A DNA stretch of 64,000 nucleotides from Candidatus Bathyarchaeia archaeon. Lineage in GTDB: Archaea; Thermoproteota; Bathyarchaeia; Bathyarchaeales; Bathycorpusculaceae. A program made the position numbers and the translations under genes. The stretch is from the NCBI GenBank assembly GCA_049969855.1, contig JBMFOB010000001.1:1-64000 (forward strand), written 5' to 3'. Below are positions 48,036 through 57,424 of the stretch, piece by piece. Numbering within the stretch: position 1 is the stretch's first letter; each line of letters starts with the position of its first letter. The notes beneath the pieces were generated by a model. It saw only the letters and a program-made list of their open reading frames with translations, did no database searches and was not told the DNA's origin.

Positions 48036-48788
48036 TTACAATATTCCAAAGCCAGCTGAGGGAATGTCGCCTTTTACGACTGCCCCTGTTGCCCCATCTA
48101 TTATTAGCTGGTAAGTTTTGCCCTTATACTCATATTTTATAAACCATATAGGAGCATGAAGGTAAACTGTTTGGCTAACTCTTATTTCGCTTTCAATTTC
48201 AATTATCTTATCCACATCTTGCTGAGCCAAGTACTTATGATGCTCCTCAATTTCTTGTTTCGCTTGCTCCAAAGCCTCATCCTTATCAATTTCACTGTTC
48301 AATGTTCTAGCATAACCCTCAATCTTCCTAAAATCATAAGGAATTTTACCCTCTAAAGGCACATCATATTCCCTTGTTGGAAATTCCGTTGCTTTCCTTG
48401 CCAAAATCAACCAATTATACTCTTTTTTGATTTGACCTTCTTTAATAACGGCTGGCGCTATGCGTTCAAAAATTCCTTTATATTTTGTTTCCGCTTCTGC
48501 CGTTATAATCCAAAATGGTATGTAAATTAAGGATTTTTCTATTATTTTCGATTTTCGAGCAAGGTCTGGAGGCTTTAGAAAGCCCGAGGTCATCCAGCTT
48601 TTTACAACTTCTTCAACTTGCGCTGGGTCATATTTGTTCAGCAGCATTGAATGGTCAAAAGTGAAGGCTTTTCCAGTTTCTATAACAACAGTGTAACCAC
48701 AGTATTTGCATGTCGCTATTATTTCGCCAGGCTCAAAAGATATTGGAGCGCCACAATTTGAACACCTAATTTCTTGAACTATTGCCAT
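48036..48788 (-). CDS. Zn-ribbon protein (YdjG-like)
   Basis: CSNCGAPI...CKYCG, YIPFW, HAPIW..KY.YKG...IDGATG; paralog of 45874-47106. Confidence 0.7.
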   Translation of the reverse strand: MAIVQEIRCSNCGAPISFEPGEIIATCKYCGYTVVIETGKAFTFDHSMLLNKYDPAQVEEVVKSWMTSGFLKPPDLARKSKIIEKSLIYIPFWIITAEAETKYKGIFERIAPAVIKEGQIKKEYNWLILARKATEFPTREYDVPLEGKIPYDFRKIEGYARTLNSEIDKDEALEQAKQEIEEHHKYLAQQDVDKIIEIESEIRVSQTVYLHAPIWFIKYEYKGKTYQLIIDGATGAVVKGDIPSAGFGIL

Positions 48789-48795
48789 CTCTGTT

Positions 48796-50223
48796 TCACG
48801 CTTTCGATTTTTCCCTCTTTACAATTTCTCGAGCCACAAGAACACCAGATGCTGAAGCTTGAACTAAGCCTCTTGTAACACCAGCCCCATCTCCTATAGT
48901 GAAGAGGTTGCGAATTTTCGTTTCTAAACAGCTGCTTAACTGCAGTTTTGAGGAGTAGAATTTTACTTCAACGCCATAAAGAAGGGTGTCTCTGGAGTAA
49001 ATGCCTGGAGCTATTTTATCCAAAGCTTGAAGCATTTCACGAATATCAGAAAGATAGCGATATGGCAAAACAAAGCTTAGGTCGCCGGGCGTGGCGTTTT
49101 TTAATGTGGGGTTGATGACGCTTCTCGATATTCTTTCAGGTGTTGATCTTCTCCCAGCTTCTAAGTCGCCGAGGCGCTGTATTATTACGCCTCCGCTTAG
49201 GAGGTTTGAGAGTCTGGCGAGGTATTTTCCGTAGGCTATTGGTTCTTTGAAGGGTTCTGTGAAGGATGTGCTTACGAGGATGGCGAAGTTCGTGTTTTCT
49301 GTTTTTCTCTCTGCATAACTTTGACCGTTAACTGTTAAAACTCCGTTATAGGATTCTGTTATAACCTCGCCGTATGGCGCAACACAAAAAGTGCGAACTT
49401 GGTCATCGAAATATTTTGAGTAATATATGAGTTTAGGCTCATAAAGAGCGCTTGTTAACTCTTCCATGACTGAGGCTAAAACTTCAACTCTTATTCCAAC
49501 ATCAACGGGATTGTTGAGGGTTTTTAAGCCTAAAGCTTGGGCTTCTGATTGGAGCCATTCAGCCCCGCTTCTTCCCGGCGCAACAATAACATATTTTCCT
49601 AAAAACTTTTCACCATTTACGGTTTCAACACCTTCAACGGTGTCGCCTTTCAATATGAGTCCTTTAACGTCAGTTTTCGGTTTAAACTCAACCTTGCTGG
49701 TTAATTCTTGCCTCATTTTCCTCAAAGTCTGGGCGCATCTTTCTGTGCCCATGTGTCGAATTTTTTGGCGAATAAGCTTCAAACCAGCCAACGACGCTTT
49801 TCGCTCAATTTCTTCTACTTTCTCAACATTCACTCCATAACTATGCTCAGGCGCACCAAACTTTAGGTAAATGGAATCCACATAGTTTACAAGTTCTTCA
49901 AGTTCCTTTGACGAAATATATTGGTTGAGCCAACCGCCAACTTCTGTGGATAAAGTGAGTTTGCCATCACTGAAGGCTCCGGCGCCTCCCCACCCAGATA
50001 AAAGCAGACATGGTTCGCAGTGAACACATTCGAATCCTCGGCTTGCTGGGCATTTGCGTTGGTTAATGTCTGGACCCCTATCCAATATGAGAACGCTCAA
50101 GTTGGTTTTTTCCGTAAGCTCTAAAGCGGAGAATATTCCAGCTGGACCGGCACCGACGATTATTACATCGTATTTCAATGATTTTGTCTCCTGAAACCCA
50201 GAAGTAGATGTGGTAACTTGCAT
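48796..50223 (-). CDS. NAD(P)/FAD-dependent oxidoreductase
   Basis: VGAGPAG, GGAGAFSDGKL, GDGAG.TRGL. Confidence 0.88.
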   Translation of the reverse strand: MQVTTSTSGFQETKSLKYDVIIVGAGPAGIFSALELTEKTNLSVLILDRGPDINQRKCPASRGFECVHCEPCLLLSGWGGAGAFSDGKLTLSTEVGGWLNQYISSKELEELVNYVDSIYLKFGAPEHSYGVNVEKVEEIERKASLAGLKLIRQKIRHMGTERCAQTLRKMRQELTSKVEFKPKTDVKGLILKGDTVEGVETVNGEKFLGKYVIVAPGRSGAEWLQSEAQALGLKTLNNPVDVGIRVEVLASVMEELTSALYEPKLIYYSKYFDDQVRTFCVAPYGEVITESYNGVLTVNGQSYAERKTENTNFAILVSTSFTEPFKEPIAYGKYLARLSNLLSGGVIIQRLGDLEAGRRSTPERISRSVINPTLKNATPGDLSFVLPYRYLSDIREMLQALDKIAPGIYSRDTLLYGVEVKFYSSKLQLSSCLETKIRNLFTIGDGAGVTRGLVQASASGVLVAREIVKREKSKA

Positions 50224-50248
50224 ATATTTTTAGCGAACACAAAATCAT

Positions 50249-50587
50249 TTATTGTGTGTAGGGTATGAGACAGAGAAACTTCACAACTTTCGAGCCAGTA
50301 TTCCTAAACTGATGCTCTTCGTGCGGCGGAATAAAAATGACATCGCCATGCTTAAACTTACGTTCTTCCCCTCCGCTTTGCACTATGCCCTCGCCTTCCA
50401 AAATGAAAACTTCATGCTCCCAAGCATGAGAATGCAAAGGACTGTAACCGCCAGGCTCCATTTCAAAAAGCCTCATAGCAAAGTTCTCAGCGCCAATCTC
50501 TTTTGTTATGAGCCATCTAACCTTCAACTTGAATGTTCCCTTTTCCGCATCCTTCGCTTCCACACTAGTGTAAGGAAAAATTTTCAT
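50249..50587 (-). CDS. Cupin-domain protein
   Basis: HSHAWEHE, IPPHEEH. Confidence 0.88.
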   Translation of the reverse strand: MKIFPYTSVEAKDAEKGTFKLKVRWLITKEIGAENFAMRLFEMEPGGYSPLHSHAWEHEVFILEGEGIVQSGGEERKFKHGDVIFIPPHEEHQFRNTGSKVVKFLCLIPYTQ

Positions 50588-50614
50588 TTAAACCACCTCA
50601 CTTAAGGTTACATA

Positions 50615-50902
50615 TCAATCCTTTATGGCTTCTAAGAGACTCATCACGTTCCACAATTTGACCCGCGTGTAAGGTGGCATGTTAGGATCTTGCAAAATTT
50701 CGTCTAGAATTGATATGGCGTTTGAGGCTCTAACTGCTGGCGTGTACTCTGTTGTCTGCAAGGCATCCATGGAATCTTTGGCAGCTCTTCTAATGTTTCT
50801 AGGCGTTGTATTATCCTCGGAAACTGCTCCCAGCACGGCTAAGGCTTGCTTTATTCTTTCCTCATACTCTTCAAGCTTCTTTTTTCGAACCAATGCTGCC
50901 AC
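50615..50902 (-). CDS. UPF0147 family protein
   Basis: D.TTPRNIRRAA...AISILDEI..DPNMP...R. Confidence 0.88.
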   Translation of the reverse strand: MAALVRKKKLEEYEERIKQALAVLGAVSEDNTTPRNIRRAAKDSMDALQTTEYTPAVRASNAISILDEILQDPNMPPYTRVKLWNVMSLLEAIKD

Positions 50903-50966
50903 CCCTTGCAGTTTTCAATAATAAGTTATTATAGGCTTTTATACTATTCTATTAGAGGTTTAAACC

Positions 50967-51329
50967 TTGCCACAAGAAAAAGACGAAGAAAAACACGTTA
51001 AAAGAATGGCTGACCTACTGCGCCAAGGCTTAACACTCACAGACCTAGCCTGCCCAGCCTGCGCTTCTCCACTTTTTAGATTAAAAAATGGCGACTTATG
51101 GTGTGCAAAATGTGAAAAAAAGGTTATAGTCGTGAAAGAGGGGGAAGAGCCAAAAATAACAAGTTCCATGGTTCTGGACACCATGGAGGCTACACTCCTA
51201 ACAAAAATACAAGAGATACAAAGTAAGATGCAAAGTGAACAAAACATAGAAGAGCTTCAGAAACTCGGCAAGACACTATCTGACTTGTTAGAAAACCTTG
51301 AAAAGATAAGAAAAATGAAAAGGTTTTAG
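50967..51329 (+). CDS. UPF0148 / autoantigen p27-like Zn-ribbon protein
   Basis: MADLLRQG..L....CPAC.SPLF....G...C..C. Confidence 0.85.
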   Translation: MPQEKDEEKHVKRMADLLRQGLTLTDLACPACASPLFRLKNGDLWCAKCEKKVIVVKEGEEPKITSSMVLDTMEATLLTKIQEIQSKMQSEQNIEELQKLGKTLSDLLENLEKIRKMKRF

Positions 51330-51343
51330 GGCGAAAACATAAA

Positions 51344-51844
51344 ATGCTTGGATTTTACGAAAATTTTCCACAAAACATCCACAAAACAACACGCGCCACA
51401 ACTTCACTTTCAAATAAAAAATTACAACAAACACTAATGCGCTTATTCCAAGAAACAAACACTAAAACCTTCAAACTGGAAGAAATCGCAGACCCGTCCA
51501 TTCCTCAATGCACAGTGATTTTTGAGTTTGGCATAGCCGAAGCCAACGCCTTCAACTTTCTAAACCAAGAAGAAACAAACAAAGTGCTGAAAATTATAAA
51601 CAAAAAACCTTTCCAAATAATGGATTTCTTCTGTGCCATACGCTACTACAAGACACAAAATGAAAAAAGAAAACCATTAAAATTTGATTATTACATGATA
51701 CGCTTCACATTTAACAAAAACTACGTGGAAACACAAGTTTTCCACGAAAGAGGACCAAGATACATATCTCCAGATGACGTGACCAATTTCATTTTTGGCA
51801 AAATTAACGATTTCTTTTTAAGAAAAATACTAAAAACCCTCTAA
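51344..51844 (+). CDS. Hypothetical protein
   Basis: 166-aa ORF co-oriented with the upstream gene; no recognised motif. Confidence 0.65.
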   Translation: MLGFYENFPQNIHKTTRATTSLSNKKLQQTLMRLFQETNTKTFKLEEIADPSIPQCTVIFEFGIAEANAFNFLNQEETNKVLKIINKKPFQIMDFFCAIRYYKTQNEKRKPLKFDYYMIRFTFNKNYVETQVFHERGPRYISPDDVTNFIFGKINDFFLRKILKTL

Positions 51845-51851
51845 GCCCTCT

Positions 51852-52454
51852 TTAGCCTCGTTTCTCCAAAAATTTCAAAACAAATGTTAAAATGTCCTCA
51901 GCAACCTCTGTCTTTGATTTGTTTCCATCTATTTTAACAAGCTCCCCACTCTTAACAAAATCCAAATATACTGAGCGCACTTTTTTCTGAGTTTCCAAAT
52001 CCTCCATAACAGATTTTTTTGACTTTAACCTTTTAATCGCAATGTCGGGTTCAACATCAACAAAAATTGCTAAGTCTGGGCGTATCGCATGTTGGTTTAT
52101 CTCTTTAATCCATTTTAAATCAAGTCCTGCAGCGCCTTGATAAGCCAAGGAAGAATAAACGTAACGGTCAGAAACTACAACTTTTTCTTCGTTTAAGGCT
52201 GGAATGATTTCGTTCTTAACATGTTCGAAGCGGTCTGCGGCGAAGAGCAAAGCTTCAACGATGGCTGAAACTCGTTTTTCACCATGTAAACAATACTTTC
52301 TAATGAACCGCCCAATTTTTCCCGAACTTGGCTCCGCCGTATAAACTGCTGCATAACCAATCTTCCTCAACTTTCTAACGAGAAGTTTCGTTTGTGTTGT
52401 TTTTCCGCATCCGTCTAATCCTTCAACACAGATGAAACAGCCTTTCCCTTTCAT
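51852..52454 (-). CDS. tmk: Thymidylate kinase
   Basis: EGLDGCGKTT, LLFAADR, DRY..SSLAYQ. Confidence 0.95.
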   Translation of the reverse strand: MKGKGCFICVEGLDGCGKTTQTKLLVRKLRKIGYAAVYTAEPSSGKIGRFIRKYCLHGEKRVSAIVEALLFAADRFEHVKNEIIPALNEEKVVVSDRYVYSSLAYQGAAGLDLKWIKEINQHAIRPDLAIFVDVEPDIAIKRLKSKKSVMEDLETQKKVRSVYLDFVKSGELVKIDGNKSKTEVAEDILTFVLKFLEKRG

Positions 52455-52540
52455 TCTACCAATCCTTTACCGCCTATAGCATTAGACATTATAAGAGCGA
52501 AGATGCATTAATAATTATTTCAGAAAATGGAGAAAAGACG

Positions 52541-53821
52541 ATGCCAAAAAACCATTGGGGAGAAATAAAAGACCCAGTGCACGGATACGTCTACATAACT
52601 GAAGAGGAAAAAGAAATCATTGATTCCTTTCCCGTACAAAGGTTGCGGAGACTGCGCCAACTGGCAGGAGCAGAATATGTTTATCCAGGAGCAAACCACA
52701 CACGATTTGAACATTCTGTAGGCGTCATGTATTTAGCTGGAAGAGTTGCCGAAAACCCTAACATTTCCCAATATACGAGTCAAGAAGAAAGGGAAAGTAT
52801 TAGAATAGCAGCTTTACTTCATGACGTTGGACACGGTCCGTTTTCTCACGTTTTTGAACATTTACTCGAAAAGGAGTTAGAGAAAACACATGAGGACATG
52901 ACGTATTGGATAATTGCAAACAGCGAATTGAAGGACATAATTAAAAAGTTTGGTTATAACCCAGAAGAAATCGGAAAATTGGCTGTTGGAAGACTTCACA
53001 AACCCCAAAAAGCCTTCCTAGACCAAATAATAAGCAGCGCCGTAGATGTAGACAAACTGGACTTTGTTGTAAGGGATACGCATCACACTGGCGCTGAGTA
53101 TGGCTATGTTGACATTTTCAGACTAATCCACGCCTTAGATGTGCTTGGAGAAAATTTGGCTGTTGATTTAGGAGCACTTTCAGCCCTTGAATCCTTCATA
53201 ATAGCAAGAATAGAATCCTTCAAAAGCATATACTTCCACCGCGTTGGAAGAGCCGCACAGATAATGCTCGCCATGGCTATGGAAAAGGCAAATGCAGAGC
53301 TTGGATTAACCCAATTTAAGTCTCCAGAAGAGTATTTGGCTATGGATGATTACACAGTTTGGACACGGCTCAAAAACTGCAAAAAATCAAGCGAAATCAT
53401 AAAAAACCTCGAAAGACGAAAAATGCTCAAATGTGCCTACGAATGGACTTTTTATGAGAAAGACGTGAAAATTTCAAACATTTTCAGCAAAGAGGCACAC
53501 AGAAAGCAACTTCAAATCGACATCGCAAAAAAGGCAGGAATCGAAACAGAAGCAGTAATAATAGATGTACCCACCGTCCCATCAGTTCCATACCACCATT
53601 CAGTCCTAATGGAACCCATGGAAATTCCAGCCTTCTACAAAACAAGAGAAGGCGAAAAAGTTATGCAACGCCTAAGCGACACCTCAAAAATTTTCGAAGT
53701 CCTAAAAGGATTCATAAACATATTACGCGTTTACACGGACGAAGAAAACCGTGAAAAAGTTAGCACCGCAGCGGCAAAGATTTTAGGTGGAACACCAACA
53801 ACAGCAAGAATATCCTATTAA
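52541..53821 (+). CDS. HD-domain phosphohydrolase (SAMHD1/dNTPase-like)
   Basis: DPVHG, QRLRRLRQL, HTRFEHS, LLHDVGHGPFSH, DVDKLD. Confidence 0.92.
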   Translation: MPKNHWGEIKDPVHGYVYITEEEKEIIDSFPVQRLRRLRQLAGAEYVYPGANHTRFEHSVGVMYLAGRVAENPNISQYTSQEERESIRIAALLHDVGHGPFSHVFEHLLEKELEKTHEDMTYWIIANSELKDIIKKFGYNPEEIGKLAVGRLHKPQKAFLDQIISSAVDVDKLDFVVRDTHHTGAEYGYVDIFRLIHALDVLGENLAVDLGALSALESFIIARIESFKSIYFHRVGRAAQIMLAMAMEKANAELGLTQFKSPEEYLAMDDYTVWTRLKNCKKSSEIIKNLERRKMLKCAYEWTFYEKDVKISNIFSKEAHRKQLQIDIAKKAGIETEAVIIDVPTVPSVPYHHSVLMEPMEIPAFYKTREGEKVMQRLSDTSKIFEVLKGFINILRVYTDEENREKVSTAAAKILGGTPTTARISY

Positions 53822-53831
53822 AGTGCGTGAA

Positions 53832-54260
53832 ATGCAGCCAAAAACACTAAAGGGAAGAAGAATCGTTGAGGGACACTGCAAAGCAGAAGCCCTCGTATCC
53901 AATAAACCAATAAGTTTTCTTGGAGGAGTAGACCCAGCTGACGGAAAAATAATAGAAAGAGACCACGATTTATATGGAGAGTGCATAAAGGATAAGGTTT
54001 TGTGTTTTCCAAATGGACACGGCTCAACAGTCGGTAGCTACGTGTTATATTCCTTAGCTAAGAAAAAATGTGCACCAAAAGCCATAATCAATCAGACCGC
54101 TGACCCTGTTGTTGTGGTTGGAGCCATAATAGCGAACATTCCCATGGTGGACCAAATAGACATTAAACAGATAACAACAGGCGATGTGGTTGAGGTTGAC
54201 GCATATAAGGGCTTTGTTAAAATTTGGAAAGGGAAAGGGGCAAAGCAAGCATGTATTTGA
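53832..54260 (+). CDS. Aconitase X swivel subunit (DUF126); probable mevalonate-5-phosphate dehydratase small subunit
   Basis: ISFLGGVDP..G, GSTVGSY, GAIIA.IP; ATG at 53832. Confidence 0.87.
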   Translation: MQPKTLKGRRIVEGHCKAEALVSNKPISFLGGVDPADGKIIERDHDLYGECIKDKVLCFPNGHGSTVGSYVLYSLAKKKCAPKAIINQTADPVVVVGAIIANIPMVDQIDIKQITTGDVVEVDAYKGFVKIWKGKGAKQACI

Positions 54261-55426
54261 CAAAGGAAGAAGAACACATATACGACGGCGAGTTTGGCTG
54301 GGCAAACGAAATATGCATGAAAATACTTGTCCGTCTGGGCGAACTTTTCAAAGCCTCAAAGCTTATTCCAATAAGTTCCTCCCATGTTTCAGGAGTTTCT
54401 TACAAAACCTTAGGGGATGCACCAACAGAATTCCTGAAAGCTCTGGCGGACGCTGGCGCAAAAGTAAAAGTTAAATCAACACTAAATCCTCAAAGCCTTG
54501 ATTGCGAATTTCTCTGCAAAAGGCTTCCATCCAATTTATGCGAAAAACAGTTGGATGTTCTGAATTATTTTGAGAAGATGGGTTTTACGCAATCATTGAC
54601 ATGCACGCCATACTATTTGGAAAAGCAAAAAAGAGGTGCTCATCTGGCATGGGCTGAATCATCCGCAGTGATTTATGCAAATTCTGTCATTGGAGCATGG
54701 ACAAACCGTGAAGGGGGACCAAGTGCTCTTGCAGCAGCAATAATAGGAAAAACACCAGATTATGGAATACACCAGCCTGAAAATAGACAACCAAAGGTTT
54801 TAGTGAAACTGGAAAAACCATTAACAAAAGAAATAGAGTTTGGCGCCCTGGGAATTTTTCTCGGCGAAATCTTGAAAGACGAAATTCCAATAATACAAGG
54901 TTTACAAAAAGCTTCAAAAGACAACCTAAAACAGTTGGGAGCAGCCCTCGCATCTGCTGGAATGACAAACATGTTCTACCATAAAGACACAAACACAAAA
55001 ATCAGCGAAGTTGAAAAGATAAACGTGCAAGCTGAAGACTTGAAAAGAACCATTGAAAAACTAATCACAACATCCACACAAAAACCAGACCTAATTTTTA
55101 TAGGATGCCCCCACTGTTCCCTAAATGAAATCAGACAAACAGCAGAGTGGATAGGCAATAGAAAAATCAAAAACAAAACAGAATTTTGGGTTTGCACATC
55201 ACACCACATAAAAGAAAAATCCAAAAAATATGTGGAAAAAATAGAAAAAAGCGGAGGTCACGTTCTCACGAACACATGTGCCGTTGTAACATGGACAGAA
55301 AAGCTAGGAATAAAAACAATAATGACAAACTCCGCAAAAACAGCCCATTATGCACCCACACTAAACAAGGCAGAAACAATACTTGCACCACTAAAAGAGT
55401 GCATAAAAAGAGCTTGTATGGGATAA
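54251..55426 (+). CDS. Aconitase X catalytic subunit (DUF521); probable mevalonate-5-phosphate dehydratase large subunit
   Basis: MYLT.EE, TCTPY, WAESSA, TNREGG, GCPHCS, TC.VV, TNSAK. Confidence 0.88.
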   Translation: MYLTKEEEHIYDGEFGWANEICMKILVRLGELFKASKLIPISSSHVSGVSYKTLGDAPTEFLKALADAGAKVKVKSTLNPQSLDCEFLCKRLPSNLCEKQLDVLNYFEKMGFTQSLTCTPYYLEKQKRGAHLAWAESSAVIYANSVIGAWTNREGGPSALAAAIIGKTPDYGIHQPENRQPKVLVKLEKPLTKEIEFGALGIFLGEILKDEIPIIQGLQKASKDNLKQLGAALASAGMTNMFYHKDTNTKISEVEKINVQAEDLKRTIEKLITTSTQKPDLIFIGCPHCSLNEIRQTAEWIGNRKIKNKTEFWVCTSHHIKEKSKKYVEKIEKSGGHVLTNTCAVVTWTEKLGIKTIMTNSAKTAHYAPTLNKAETILAPLKECIKRACMG

Positions 55427-55472
55427 GGTTTATTCGAGTGAAAAAGCATCTTGCATGATGCCACAAAAGAAA

Positions 55473-55547
55473 GCTCCGGTAGTATAGCCCGGTCAAGTAT
55501 TCCGGCCTTTCGAGCCGGAGACGCGGGTCCGAATCCCGCCCGGAGCA
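55473..55547 (+). tRNA. tRNA-Glu(TTC)
   Basis: GCTCCGG/CCGGAGC acceptor, CCGGC-CTTTCGA-GCCGG anticodon arm, GCGGG-TCCGAAT-CCCGC T-arm. Confidence 0.92.
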
Positions 55548-55555
55548 CTCCAAAT
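55534..55555 (+). repeat. att-like core copy 0 (tRNA-Glu 3' end + CAAAT)
   Basis: TCCCGCCCGGAGCACTCCAAAT, identical to 58452-58473. Confidence 0.9.
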
Positions 55556-55691
55556 CTGAGCGTATTTTAGGCGTATTTTGGTTAAAAAAGCTCAATTCGA
55601 GCAGTTTCTAAAAGAGGCTAAAATTAGAACACGAATTTACCGGCAAAAAATAATGCTACTAATAATCTACTATGAACTTTCATAACATAGT

Positions 55692-55967
55692 CTAGCATCG
55701 ATGTGTAGAATTTCTTAATAACTCTTTTGCTTCGCGATAATGGTATAAAAGCAATTTACCTTTCTCTGTTATTTCGTAAACCACACGGTTTTCTTGCTCA
55801 AGTTCCCTTATTAGATCCAACTTCATTAACAAGGTCATGTATTTTTGGAGTTGGCTAAAACTCACATTGGCTCTATACATTATATGCGTTTTTGTAATAG
55901 TCTTTCCTGTTTCAATAGCCTCTAAAATTTGAGCACATATTTCTAAGTGTGATCTTCGCATCGACAT
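55692..55967 (-). CDS. Winged-helix DNA-binding protein (cassette 1)
   Basis: RRSHLEI...IL...TKTHIMYRANVS...Y...L...LI...YEITEKG archaeal wHTH. Confidence 0.85.
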   Translation of the reverse strand: MSMRRSHLEICAQILEAIETGKTITKTHIMYRANVSFSQLQKYMTLLMKLDLIRELEQENRVVYEITEKGKLLLYHYREAKELLRNSTHRC

Positions 55968-56117
55968 TGTTGATTCCTTTTTCTTATAGAAGATAATTCA
56001 TTAACAATATTCTGTAATAGTGTTCCATAATGTTTATTATCAGAAAGCTTCTTTTAAACTTTTGCAGATAGTTCCTGGTCGGGATTATCTGTCAAGGTAC
56101 CATATTAAATATGTTGT

Positions 56118-57164
56118 TTATTTTAACAAGTTCTGAGTTTTTACTCTTAATTCTTTAACTGACAATATTTCTATATCAAACATATCTTTGAAGGAAGTTG
56201 CTCTTTTCTTAGACTCTTCTCCGGCGTATACGTATACATCGCCATCCCTTATCTTCCTTGAGTCCAGAGTTCTATCAAATCCTTGAAACGCCCCGCCCTT
56301 GGAACAAGCATATGCGGCAGCACTTACGATTGGTTCTCCACTAAGATCAGAAATACGTATTCCTTCAATGTCTATAAAAATTATGGGATGTGCAAGAAAG
56401 TTATCTGGAGGAATTTCTTGTTTGCTGTACCATCTAATTTTTGATAAAACTCCTTGATCAAGAAATCTTGTTTCAACAGGAAAATCGTAGTTTCCCCACA
56501 CCTCTTCTATGTTTTCGGGTGTTAGCCACAATTTTCTATCCCAAAGCTTTTTCTCCGTTAAATAAGTCAGCATATCCGCCACAGAAATAAACTCGTTGCA
56601 TTCATCACCCTTTGGATAGATTTTTGGAGTAGTGTGCTCTGTTAAATCGCGCCAAGCTGTAGTTTGTTTACTTGAAAAGCCATCTATTAAGTATATGTTA
56701 GTTTCTGATCGATGCCTGCCACTATACGACCATGCGGTTGTGTAAGAAAACATAGGAGTTAGAGAACGAAGAAATTTCATTGTAGGAATTTCTTCTATGG
56801 GACAACCATACCCTCCAACGGAGACTGATTTTATATCATTAGGTGGAAGGACCACATATGAACAAAAAATACTCTCAATAACATCTTGAAGTTCAGTCAC
56901 TATTTCATCACAAAATCTTATGGCTTTTGCATGACCTATTTCCTTCCATAGGGTGCTATGAGAATAAACAAGCCGTTTTGTTGGGACATTAAATTTCTTT
57001 ATAAGATTTTTCCGCGAATTATGATAATTTGATTTAAAATCTTCTTCTTTTCCGTTCTTAATAATCACGCCAATACCAAGAGGAGTGAAGAAAACTGTTT
57101 CTTTTTGTTCTTCAACTTTCTTCCAACGAGAAAATTCGCCGACATCAAAGGCTGCAATTGTCAT
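56118..57164 (-). CDS. Hypothetical protein, possibly RNase H-fold (DUF3800-like) (cassette 1)
   Basis: Acidic motifs AAFDVGE (N-terminus), LIDG, DE..EFISVADML. Confidence 0.55.
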   Translation of the reverse strand: MTIAAFDVGEFSRWKKVEEQKETVFFTPLGIGVIIKNGKEEDFKSNYHNSRKNLIKKFNVPTKRLVYSHSTLWKEIGHAKAIRFCDEIVTELQDVIESIFCSYVVLPPNDIKSVSVGGYGCPIEEIPTMKFLRSLTPMFSYTTAWSYSGRHRSETNIYLIDGFSSKQTTAWRDLTEHTTPKIYPKGDECNEFISVADMLTYLTEKKLWDRKLWLTPENIEEVWGNYDFPVETRFLDQGVLSKIRWYSKQEIPPDNFLAHPIIFIDIEGIRISDLSGEPIVSAAAYACSKGGAFQGFDRTLDSRKIRDGDVYVYAGEESKKRATSFKDMFDIEILSVKELRVKTQNLLK

Positions 57165-57232
57165 AATTTACATTGAGCTTTCCTTCAAAATAAATTTTTC
57201 ATTATTGAAATGAATGCCCAGTAACAGGGATG

Positions 57233-57346
57233 TTTGAAAACCCAACTGCACTGAGCATATTTTGTGGTAAACTTGAGCGCAAATTCTGCTTCGGACATTC
57301 CAAATTAGAGCTTATTTTAGCCAACAAAGCTCGATTTTGGCAGTTT
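57233..57346 (+). repeat. Degenerate junction repeat copy 1 (right arm + decayed tRNA core + left arm)
   Basis: ATATTTTGTGGTAA..GAGCGC..TTCTGCTTCGGACATT-CCAAATTAGAGCTTATTTTAG (18/21 vs 55550-55570) and AAAGCTCGATTTTGGCAGTTT (17/21 vs 55587-55607). Confidence 0.72.
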
Positions 57347-57424
57347 GTATGCTAGAAGCCCAAATAACAAGACTACAGTAAGCTTTAAGATTTCTATTGT
57401 TGGATTGAATATGGAGGTATTTGA

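Noticed and set aside
55266-55595. Minus-strand ORFs of 109 and 66 aa
   Set aside because: Antisense to tRNA-Glu and the acnX end
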